Of a DNA stretch of 24,000 bases, positions 14,764 to 22,837 are shown piece by piece (position 1 is the first letter of the stretch; every line of letters starts with the position of its first letter). The position numbers were made by a program, and so were the translations under genes. The stretch is taken from positions 4,824,744-4,848,743 of the forward strand of contig NC_016609.1 in NCBI RefSeq assembly GCF_000246855.1. The letters run 5' to 3'. The DNA comes from Niastella koreensis GR20-10. Lineage in GTDB: Bacteria; Bacteroidota; Bacteroidia; Chitinophagales; Chitinophagaceae. The notes under the pieces are model-generated. The model was not told the origin of the DNA, did not search any database, and was given only the letters and a program-made list of their open reading frames with translations.

Positions 14764-16872
14764 TTATAAGAGCGGCAATTCTTTTTCTTTTATCTTTTTC
14801 TCCACCGCATGGATAGCCTTTATTGTTTTGATCACTGAATCAGGTGTGACGGATATAGAATCAATTCCCTCTTCTACCAGAAACTGGGCAAAGTCGGGAT
14901 AATCTGATGGACCCTGACCACAAATGCCAATTTTCACTCCACATTCTTTCGCTGTTTTAATAAGATGAGCAAGCATTCGTTTTACCGTGGGATTGCGCTC
15001 ATCGTATAAATGTGCCACCAATGATGAATCCCTGTCTAATCCCAATGATAATTGGGTGAGATCATTTGAACCAATAGAAAATCCATTTATATGTTCGGCA
15101 AATTCACCTGCCATGATAATATTAGATGGAATTTCTGCCATCAGATACAACTCCAGACCATCTTTGCCCGGCAATAATCCATAATCAGCCATAACTGCTT
15201 TCACTTTCAACAGCTCTTCCACAGTTCTGCAGAACGGTACCATTACCACTACATTCCCCAGTCCCATTTCTTCTCGCACTTTCTTAATGGCTTTGCATTC
15301 CAATTCAAAAGCAGCCTTATAATCATCTGAATAATACCGAGAAGCACCTCGCCATCCAATCATTGGGTTTTCTTCCTGCGGTTCAAAATATTTTCCGCCC
15401 AATAGATTAAAGTATTCGTTTGACTTGAAATCAGAAAACCTCACGATCACTTTATTTGGATAAAAAGCCGATGCAATTTTTGCAATACCAAAAGATAATT
15501 TGGAAATGAAGAAATCTACTTCATCTTCAAAACCAACGATCCTGCTTTGTATAGCTTGGGAGAGTTTCGGATCACTCAAACTTTTATGCTTGAGCAAAGC
15601 CAGCGGGTGTATACCGATATAGTTGTTGATGATAAATTCTTCCCGCACCAAGCCTACCCCTTTATTGGGTATATTGGAAAAACGGAATGCCAGTGAAGGA
15701 GAAGCCACATTTAACGTCAAGGCTGTTCTTATTGCAGGCAGATCACTGATTTTGGTTTGCACCACATCATAGGGCAAACAGCCCTTGTATACAACTCCTG
15801 TTTCACCTTCTGCACAGGAAATGGTCACTTCTTCCCCATCGCTCAAAACAGCAGTTGCATTGCCGCAGCCAACAATGGCTGGTATACCCATTTCCCGGGC
15901 AACAATGGCTGCATGGCAGGTTCTGCCGCCTTTATCAGTAACAATAGCCGATGCTTTTTTCATGATCGGTTCCCAATCAGGATCGGTCATTTCAGTCACC
16001 AACACATCGCCTGCCCTGAAATCCTGTACCTCCGTCATTCCTTTATTCGTGGCGTTCATGAGTTTCACCTTACCGACCCCTACCCTATCACCAACGGCTA
16101 TTCCTTTAACCAGCGCCATGGCACCATGGGGCAACAACACATATTCAATAAGCGTGTCATTATCTTTCCTTGAATGAATTGTTTCGGGCCGTGCCTGAAC
16201 AATAAACAGCTTATTGCTTAAGCCATCTATCGCCCACTCAACATCCATAGGACACCACTTGTTTTTCAGTGCGGAATAGTATTTTTCAATATGCATCACC
16301 CAACGTGACAGTTGTATAATTTTTTCATTATCCAAACAAAATTGCTCTTTCAGATCTATATCTACATCAATGATCTTTACCCTTTCCTCCGGACCATCGC
16401 CATAAACCATCATCCGATCTTTTACGCCAAGCTTTTTCTCAATAACCGCATCATAACCTTCCTTAAGCAATGGCTTGAACACCATAAACTCATCAGGAGA
16501 AACACTGCCCTGTACTACCATTTCGCCCAAACCATAAGAACCATTGATCACCACTACATCTTTAAATCCACTTTCCGTATCAAGTGAAAAAGCAACCCCG
16601 CTTGACCCGAGGTCACTTCTTACCATTTTTTGAATGCACACAGAGAGCCCTACAGCAAAATGATCATACTTAAAAGTTTCCCGGTAAGAAATTGCCCTGT
16701 CTGTAAACAAGGAAGCAAAACAATTACGAACAGCATTTATCAATTCTGCGGCGCCGCTAACATTCAGAAAGGTTTCCTGTTGACCGGCAAAAGAAGCATC
16801 AGGAAGATCTTCTGCAGTGGCTGACGACCGAACCGCTACATCGGTATTTTCCTGACTATACTCTTTTGACAA
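14764..16872 (-). CDS. ppsA: Phosphoenolpyruvate synthase (pyruvate, water dikinase) lacking roughly 90-110 N-terminal residues; possible pseudogene or 5'-degraded gene
   Basis: The 702-aa ORF is colinear with PpsA from the VAVRSSATAEDLPDASFAGQQETFLNV block onward. It contains TDKGGRTCHAAIVAREMGIPA (phospho-His region) and the PEP-utilising C-terminus (GFSIGSNDLTQL). In E. coli PpsA the VRSSATAED block starts near residue 126; here it is at residue 13. The track start is a TTG. The frame stays open upstream only to the TAA at 16936-16938. Confidence 0.9.
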   Translation of the reverse strand: MSKEYSQENTDVAVRSSATAEDLPDASFAGQQETFLNVSGAAELINAVRNCFASLFTDRAISYRETFKYDHFAVGLSVCIQKMVRSDLGSSGVAFSLDTESGFKDVVVINGSYGLGEMVVQGSVSPDEFMVFKPLLKEGYDAVIEKKLGVKDRMMVYGDGPEERVKIIDVDIDLKEQFCLDNEKIIQLSRWVMHIEKYYSALKNKWCPMDVEWAIDGLSNKLFIVQARPETIHSRKDNDTLIEYVLLPHGAMALVKGIAVGDRVGVGKVKLMNATNKGMTEVQDFRAGDVLVTEMTDPDWEPIMKKASAIVTDKGGRTCHAAIVAREMGIPAIVGCGNATAVLSDGEEVTISCAEGETGVVYKGCLPYDVVQTKISDLPAIRTALTLNVASPSLAFRFSNIPNKGVGLVREEFIINNYIGIHPLALLKHKSLSDPKLSQAIQSRIVGFEDEVDFFISKLSFGIAKIASAFYPNKVIVRFSDFKSNEYFNLLGGKYFEPQEENPMIGWRGASRYYSDDYKAAFELECKAIKKVREEMGLGNVVVMVPFCRTVEELLKVKAVMADYGLLPGKDGLELYLMAEIPSNIIMAGEFAEHINGFSIGSNDLTQLSLGLDRDSSLVAHLYDERNPTVKRMLAHLIKTAKECGVKIGICGQGPSDYPDFAQFLVEEGIDSISVTPDSVIKTIKAIHAVEKKIKEKELPLL

Positions 16873-17495
16873 CTCAAAAATACCGTGACAATAAATCGCT
16901 TGCTCAGCCGAACCATGTAAGCACGCTTGGAATTCTTAACTATTCTGAAAACGATGCCGCCTCTAATACAGTTACTTTTAACTATTTACACATAATGTTT
17001 TATACTATCTTATGGCACATCTTCATGTGTTTCATGGCCGGTCTGTACCTTTTAATGCTTCCACGCTTCCGTCTCACTTAACGCCTATTCATAAACTTAA
17101 GACTACAAACACAACCCAAAAACTGCCCGCTGTCCGTTTCGTCCTTCCGCCTCAATATGGTTGCGCTTCATACACCTCCCTCCTGCCAGATCTTGGCGCT
17201 TTTACATTTAGAAACTCTACTACATAACATACCCCTTTTTCGGTTAATTAAATATTTGTAACCTCGCAACGCACTAATGCGGTTTATACCAACTTTTTAC
17301 TTAAAAAATAGTGAAAGCAGGTTCATTCAAATTAATAAATATCCACATATCAACACATTTGTATTCTTTCTATAAAATCCCCAAATGCGCATACAACTGA
17401 TCTTAGTAGTTGTTTCATTGTACAGTTAAAATATTATATTACATCCTTTTAACTATAGGCCTATAGCGCCAATACAACTGTTACCCGCAATTCTA

Positions 17496-18194
17496 ATGAG
17501 CATCTTCTCAATATTCAAAAGACGAAAGAAAGAACCTAACGACATGACACCTGCTGCTATTCTTAGATTGACACAGCTTTACGTTCCAGAGTTTTATCAG
17601 GATAGCAAACACTTCAAAGACAGTAAAGAGTTCTTAGAGCATAATGAGTGGGGACTTGCTCTTGAAAGCCTCGTTGAAATGGCAACCGACAGCGGACACT
17701 ATTTTTCCGAAGCGTTTTGGCTTGAACTCGCAACTTGCGCAGAGAAAATGCAAATGGCAGAACAAGCTGACTACTGCAGGCAGCAAGTAATCAGAAACGA
17801 AAAGGAAGTCGGCTCAAAAACACCGAACGGCTGGACAACTATAAAACTTGATGACACTCACTATGAACATAAAATTGCAGAAGTAGTTGAAGACAAATGG
17901 ACAAATGAACGGCACAAAAAAGATAATCTTGACAAATTGCTGAAACAGGATGGTTTTTATTTAAAGTCATATGGGCGTGCCGGTACTATCTACTATATTG
18001 ACAACGGACGAGTATTAGAAATTAGCTTTGAGATGTCAGGAGTACCGCAGTACGACCTGCTACTTTTCTTTGACAACATTGAGACCTGGAGTATTCCCAA
18101 AGGTGAACCTTTAAATATGAATGATAAAACAAAAATTCGTGAGCAGCTTTTAGAATGGCTGAAAGCTAAACCAATTAAGACGGACCTTGAGTAA
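17496..18194 (+). CDS. Two-module immunity-like protein (MafI-like helical N-domain + small alpha/beta C-domain); no cognate toxin gene adjacent
   Basis: 232 aa. The N-terminal part, KDSKEFLEHNEWGLALESLVEMATDSGHYFSEAFWLELATCAEKM, matches my recollection of the MafI-type immunity signature (EHNE[WY]GLA.E). The C-terminal part, GTIYYIDNGRVLEISFEMSGVPQYDLLLFFDNIETWSIPKGEPLNMNDKTKIREQLLEWL, resembles small immunity modules of polymorphic-toxin loci. The family name was not verified. Confidence 0.55.
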   Translation: MSIFSIFKRRKKEPNDMTPAAILRLTQLYVPEFYQDSKHFKDSKEFLEHNEWGLALESLVEMATDSGHYFSEAFWLELATCAEKMQMAEQADYCRQQVIRNEKEVGSKTPNGWTTIKLDDTHYEHKIAEVVEDKWTNERHKKDNLDKLLKQDGFYLKSYGRAGTIYYIDNGRVLEISFEMSGVPQYDLLLFFDNIETWSIPKGEPLNMNDKTKIREQLLEWLKAKPIKTDLE

Positions 18195-18295
18195 CACAGA
18201 AAAGTATGCAGATAACATGATTTGCCAATATACCGGCTGATAAACAAGTGCTAAACAAAATAATTTTATTTAACTTTTGTAATAAATTTAAGCGA

Positions 18296-18355
18296 ACGGA
18301 ATACTAATGCCGGCACATCGGCAGGCCCTAAACTGTTGGCTGTAATTTAAATTGA
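18296..18355 (+). repeat. Conserved leader element, copy A (block 1 ACGGAATACTAATGCC; block 2 CTGTTGGCTGTAATTTAAAT)
   Basis: It shares two ordered blocks with 19044-19104. Block 1 matches at 14 of 16 positions and block 2 at 16 of 20. It ends directly at the ATG at 18356. Confidence 0.5.
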
Positions 18356-18895
18356 ATGAACGATACTAATAACGGAAATATAAAGTCAAAGAAAACTTTT
18401 GATGGAGTTGAGCTCAAACCATCTAGCAAAAATTGGTTTTTAGTAATTGTATTTACGCCTTTCATTTTGATTTGGTTATTTGTAGAAATCTTTATTGTTC
18501 CAAGTTTTGTGTTAAATATTCAAAACGGTTCTCTGCCATTAATTTGGGTTTGTGGCTGGACAGGTGCCGGAGCATTTGCAATTAGAATGTGGCTATGGCA
18601 TACGATTGGTCAAACCAAAATAGTTATAGAAAATGGTGTCCTGGCAATTCAAAAACAAAACTACATATTTTCAAAACGGAAACAGTTCGAGTTGAACAAA
18701 ATCCAAAATTTGCACATCCAAAATAGAAACATCGAAAAGACACCATATTTTACTCGACGCAATTATCTATTTACAGACAAGACGAAAACCATCTCTTTTG
18801 AGTATGAGCATAAAACAATAAGAGCGGTAGACTGGTTGAATATTGCTGATGCAAATTTCGTTATTCAAATATTGAAACCTAATGTGATCGTGTGA
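18356..18895 (+). CDS. Hypothetical membrane protein: 2 TM helices + C-terminal PH-like/beta-rich domain
   Basis: 179 aa. TM segments are WFLVIVFTPFILIWLFVEIFIV and LIWVCGWTGAGAFAIRMWLW. They are followed by IVIENGVLAIQKQNYIFSKRKQFELNKIQNLHIQ, which resembles bacterial PH (bPH)-type topology. The family was not verified. Confidence 0.6.
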   Translation: MNDTNNGNIKSKKTFDGVELKPSSKNWFLVIVFTPFILIWLFVEIFIVPSFVLNIQNGSLPLIWVCGWTGAGAFAIRMWLWHTIGQTKIVIENGVLAIQKQNYIFSKRKQFELNKIQNLHIQNRNIEKTPYFTRRNYLFTDKTKTISFEYEHKTIRAVDWLNIADANFVIQILKPNVIV

Positions 18896-19043
18896 CAAAA
18901 ACTACGCCCAAATGCAGTTTTGCAATAGGCTGGCAGACGAAAGAGCAATCGGCAACAAATCGCTCCATCAGCGGCAGTTAGCAGTTGGACGTTACAAATT
19001 GAGCTTTAGTTATTATTTTAATGACATCACACCAAACGGCCAG

Positions 19044-19104
19044 ACGGAATTCTAATTCCAAACCTTCAGTAATACATACCTGGACCGTTGGGTGCAAATT
19101 AAAT
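19044..19104 (+). repeat. Conserved leader element, copy B (block 1 ACGGAATTCTAATTCC; block 2 CCGTTGGGTGCAAATTAAAT)
   Basis: See copy A. It ends 13 nt before the ATG at 19118. An extra block-2-like copy, CAGTTGGACGTTACAAATTGAG, lies at 18982-19003. Confidence 0.5.
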
Positions 19105-19117
19105 ATCCCGAACTTTT

Positions 19118-19600
19118 ATGAATACCTTTTCAATTACTACCCGTTTAACAACAAAAGAATATGCAAGAATTATGTTTGTTGGGCTTTACAAGAAGCCTGG
19201 ATTTATACTTGCAACAATTTTAGGACTTTATTTTGCAATAACTGTTATTCTTGACTATTTAAATACAATCGATTGGTATTCTGAGACACCAACTTTTGAA
19301 ATCGCTTGTGGCGCGTTTCTTTTGTTAGCACCGACATTGATTGTGTTTATTGCAGTTAGACAATTTACATCAAACCCAAGTTTTCAAAACGAAATAATTT
19401 ATACGTTTAGCGACAACGGAGTTGCTTGTCAAGGTTTGACATTTAAAAGTGAATTTTTGTGGACACACATTATCAAACAAAAAGAGCTTGGAAAATTTCT
19501 AATTCTGTATCACAACAAAAAATTCGGCAACTTCATTGACAAAACAAAGTTGACAACAGAGCAATTAAATTTTATAAAATCAAAAGTGCGACAGACATAA
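19118..19600 (+). CDS. YcxB-like protein (2 TM + PH-like C-terminal domain)
   Basis: 160 aa. It begins FSITTRLTTKEYARIMF, has two hydrophobic helices, and ends YTFSDNGVACQGLTFKSEFLWTHIIKQKELGKFLILYHNKKFGNFIDKTKLTTEQLNFIKSKV. This matches the YcxB-family pattern as I recall it. Confidence 0.65.
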   Translation: MNTFSITTRLTTKEYARIMFVGLYKKPGFILATILGLYFAITVILDYLNTIDWYSETPTFEIACGAFLLLAPTLIVFIAVRQFTSNPSFQNEIIYTFSDNGVACQGLTFKSEFLWTHIIKQKELGKFLILYHNKKFGNFIDKTKLTTEQLNFIKSKVRQT

Positions 19601-19827
19601 TTCTGCACACAACTCGCATCAAACTAACATGACCGTTCAACGTATTTATGGGCGGCGGCGGAGGGTCAATGGCGGTTATGGAGGAGTCATTATTATTATT
19701 GGAAAATCAACAAGTTAAATGTAAAATAAAAGTAAATAAGAGTAGTCCTACTCTACTAAAAAAGGTGAAAATACCTGTCGCAAATGCCTTTGTAAAACGT
19801 ATCTTTTCAATAACCTAAACCAACTTT

Positions 19828-21012
19828 ATGCGTACAGGTATTCATAACAACAAATTCAGCGTTCATGCAATTTCCGGAACCCATGTAATTACACTTGCAT
19901 TTGATGCCAAAGAAAATTTCACCAATGGATTATTGGGCTTTGCCATTCACCGCACCAAATTTGATAAAAAAGGCAAAGACATATCGGATGGCGGTGATTG
20001 GATGAAGGGCTATAAACCTTTTGAGGAAATTATTGATGACCCGCAACCGAATGTAACTTATCCCACCAACCTTCATCCAATTCAGTCCTTCACCTGGGCC
20101 GATTATGCCGTAGAACCGGAATACAGTTATCAATACAAGGTCCTTCCTGTTTATGGAACACCTAGCAAACTTAAATACGGCGAAGAACTGGTGCTAAAGG
20201 TGCACCCGGAACAGCTGAAGGATAATCTTCATGAAATATATTTTAACAGAGGGGCTGCTGCCAGTCAGGCCTATGCTTGCCGTTTCGATAATTTAAAGCC
20301 CAACGACAAATCACTCACTGATAAAGAAAAACAAGAACGGAAAGATTGGCTTTCAAGAGGATTGTTTGAAGCTGTGGTTGCCTATATCAAACAGGCTAAA
20401 GGTGAAGGATGGGGGCTCAGGGCTGCCTTGTACGAACTTGACCAGATTGACGTGATGAAAACATTCAAAGAAGCGTTGGACAATGGAGCCGATGTTCAGA
20501 TTGTATACGAGGCAAGAACGGGAGAAAAGCAAACCATTGACAACCAGGCAACTTTAAAAAGTGCTGGATTTAAAGTAAACGACAAAGTAATAACCTATGC
20601 CAGAAAAAATACGGATGGCATTCCACATAACAAGTTTATTATATTACTAAAAAACGATAAACCCCTTATGATATGGACCGGCAGTACCAATATTTCCGAA
20701 GGAGGCATTTTTGGTCACTCTAATCTTGGACATTGCATAAAAGATAAAAAGGTAGCAGGTGAATATCTGAAATACTGGAATTTTTTAAAGAACGATCCTT
20801 CGCAGGAAGATTTAAAAGAATTTGTGGATGAAAATTGGCCAACAGTGGATATAAACGCTATGGCACAAGACGAGATGACGGTGATCTTTAGCCCAAGAAA
20901 AGGTAACAAAATACTGGATGCCTATGCCGCCATTTTAGGATCGAGCGAACGTTTGGGAATTATCACATTGCCGTTCAATGTTGATAAGCGTTTTGCCGAT
21001 GTGTTGGAATAA
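19828..21012 (+). CDS. Phospholipase D-superfamily protein, N-terminal part (beta-sandwich-like N-domain + first HKD motif); ends at an in-frame TAA
   Basis: 394 aa. The first HKD-type motif is IPHNKFIILLKNDKPLMIWTGSTNIS. It is in the same reading frame as ORF 21037-21546 (offset 1209 nt, which is 3 x 403). Confidence 0.8.
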   Translation: MRTGIHNNKFSVHAISGTHVITLAFDAKENFTNGLLGFAIHRTKFDKKGKDISDGGDWMKGYKPFEEIIDDPQPNVTYPTNLHPIQSFTWADYAVEPEYSYQYKVLPVYGTPSKLKYGEELVLKVHPEQLKDNLHEIYFNRGAAASQAYACRFDNLKPNDKSLTDKEKQERKDWLSRGLFEAVVAYIKQAKGEGWGLRAALYELDQIDVMKTFKEALDNGADVQIVYEARTGEKQTIDNQATLKSAGFKVNDKVITYARKNTDGIPHNKFIILLKNDKPLMIWTGSTNISEGGIFGHSNLGHCIKDKKVAGEYLKYWNFLKNDPSQEDLKEFVDENWPTVDINAMAQDEMTVIFSPRKGNKILDAYAAILGSSERLGIITLPFNVDKRFADVLE

Positions 21013-21036
21013 GGCTCAAACGCAGTACGCTACGTA

Positions 21037-21546
21037 ATGCTGAATAGCGGAAAAAAACAATCTGCTGCTGCTGAAAAGTTTAACCCTGATCCTGATGTCA
21101 TTGTTGCTCCTGGCGCTAAGTTTGAAGACCAGTGGGGGCAGTGGTTAAATGAAATTCACACTGGGTTGAATGGTTCAAATGTTTTATACATACACACGAA
21201 ATACTTAATTAAAGACCCATTTGGAGAAAAGCCATTAATTATTACAGGATCTGCTAACTTCAGTACTAATTCTACTTCATCGAATGATGAAAATATGGTA
21301 GTAATACCCTGCTCAAATGAGAAAGGTAAAACCAGGATACAGGATATTTACCTTGGAGAGTTTTTCAGACTTTTTGATCATTGGTATTTTAGGTATTTGC
21401 ATAGTATTGATAAAAGCAGCAAAAAAGTGCAGGCTAAAAGAAGGTTTTTAAAGTCAACCTCGTCCGAATGGGTTCCACCCTATTTTCAGGAAGGGAGCGA
21501 TAGGTTTAAAAGAAGGAACAATTTCAGTTTTGGATTTAAGGAATAA
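21037..21546 (+). CDS. Phospholipase D-superfamily protein, C-terminal part (second HKD motif)
   Basis: 169 aa with a canonical HxKx4Dx10GSxN motif, LYIHTKYLIKDPFGEKPLIITGSANFS. The 24 nt between the TAA (21010-21012) and this ATG are open in the same frame (GSNAVRYV). Confidence 0.8.
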   Translation: MLNSGKKQSAAAEKFNPDPDVIVAPGAKFEDQWGQWLNEIHTGLNGSNVLYIHTKYLIKDPFGEKPLIITGSANFSTNSTSSNDENMVVIPCSNEKGKTRIQDIYLGEFFRLFDHWYFRYLHSIDKSSKKVQAKRRFLKSTSSEWVPPYFQEGSDRFKRRNNFSFGFKE

Positions 21547-21783
21547 GTGGGATCCAGGAAATGTTCGTACATAACCATGCTTCTTTAGACTCCCATTGGT
21601 GCAATTCTTAGTTGATGATCTAAATATGGAGTTTATATATCATCTAAACTGAATTTTCATGCTTCAAATGAATGAAAGCTTCATAATATTGACACAGGAG
21701 CTATTGGAAATTCAGGATTTTTACACATACTTTAAATGCTCAAAGCTGAAGGCTTTGATTTTTGAACAATATATTTATTTTTC

Positions 21784-22698
21784 ATGACCCGTACCCTGAT
21801 TTTCGCCGGATTGGCAGCCGTAAGCTTGTTAATACCATCATGCTTTCCAATTGTAGGATTTCCTTCTTCGGGTAAGTCTCTTGTCCTAACCACCGCGAAA
21901 GAACTGGAAATAGTAAAAAGGGAAACTGATAACACAATCATACTTACCGCCAGGAAAGTAAAGGATGATGAAATGAGTCCAAATACCGGCAAAGAAATTA
22001 TTGACAGCTTAAAAGTAATTATAAAGAATGCGGATTCCTTGCTTACTGTTTGCGCGCATCTTAATTCATCAGGTGGTCGTGAAGAAAGGCTCCGTTTTAT
22101 TCAGCTTGCCGGCGCGAGCATTCAAAATGAAAAGAAAAAGTTGAATTGTTTGAACGACCTGTACAACATTTCAACACATTACCAGTTTGAAACCGATACC
22201 TACTTTCCCGCAGGAGGATTTCGTTTTCCTCCTGATAAACTGGATGAAGCCAAAAAGTCGGTCGAACCAATTGTACAGCGCATTATCAAATTTCTTAATA
22301 ATCACCCGGGTCAAAATTTCGTGGCGGTAATCAGATGTTATGGTTTTACTGATGAAACTCCTATTCCTGAATCATTCTGGAATCCACCAGGCCTTGTCGT
22401 CTGCGTAAGACGCACCCAGCCCACCCGCCAGGAGTTGGCCGTTAAGATATCTGAATTACGTGCCAAAGCGCTAGCCATGCTGGTGCATGATCAGATCAAA
22501 TCCTATGAGGAGTTTATTCCGAATCCGAAATTAGTCATCTATGACGTTGACTGGTTGGGTAAAGGGGAAGCATTACCTTATCCCGATATAATAAAAGATT
22601 ATAAACCCGACGATAAACGGCGCAGGCTGGTACAGCTAACCTGGCACCTGCTGCCTGGTTCGTTGTATGTAAATAAATGTACCTGGCTATCAGATTAA
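21784..22698 (+). CDS. Putative lipoprotein with a divergent OmpA-like C-terminal domain
   Basis: 304 aa with signal peptide MTRTLIFAGLAAVSLLIPSC. The C-terminal pattern FETDTYFPAGGFRF...VAVIRCYGFTDETP...ISELRAKALAMLV...WLGKGEALPYP...DDKRRRLVQLTW follows the OmpA_C layout (GxTD, LSxxRA, GxGExxP, NRRVEI-like) but is degenerate. Confidence 0.55.
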   Translation: MTRTLIFAGLAAVSLLIPSCFPIVGFPSSGKSLVLTTAKELEIVKRETDNTIILTARKVKDDEMSPNTGKEIIDSLKVIIKNADSLLTVCAHLNSSGGREERLRFIQLAGASIQNEKKKLNCLNDLYNISTHYQFETDTYFPAGGFRFPPDKLDEAKKSVEPIVQRIIKFLNNHPGQNFVAVIRCYGFTDETPIPESFWNPPGLVVCVRRTQPTRQELAVKISELRAKALAMLVHDQIKSYEEFIPNPKLVIYDVDWLGKGEALPYPDIIKDYKPDDKRRRLVQLTWHLLPGSLYVNKCTWLSD

Positions 22699-22837
22699 TT
22701 AAGTAATAGAATATGTTTCTGGTTTTAGTTGTTGCCTTTTTGACAGTAGTAGGCTTGCTAAAATATTTTCAACCCTGATCGCAATAATTATTTAATTAAC
22801 ATGTTAATACCCCGTCCAAAACCCTTTATAGAAAATT

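Noticed and set aside
15757-16177. Two overlapping + strand ORFs of 130-138 aa.
   Set aside because: They are antisense shadows inside the highly conserved ppsA body.
18982-19104. Integron attC sites: two copies match the GTTRRRY core.
   Set aside because: I found no convincing inverse core or imperfect palindrome, and there is no integron integrase or attI in the window. Other motif copies violate the core consensus. I keep it only as an analogy in the spacer-motif finding.
19629-19718. A 29-codon ORF, MTVQRIYGRRRRVNGGYGGVIIIIGKSTS, upstream of the PLD gene.
   Set aside because: It is too short and low in complexity to support without conservation or ribosome-profiling data. Its 5' end coincides with a spacer-motif-like sequence (ACCGTTCAACGT).
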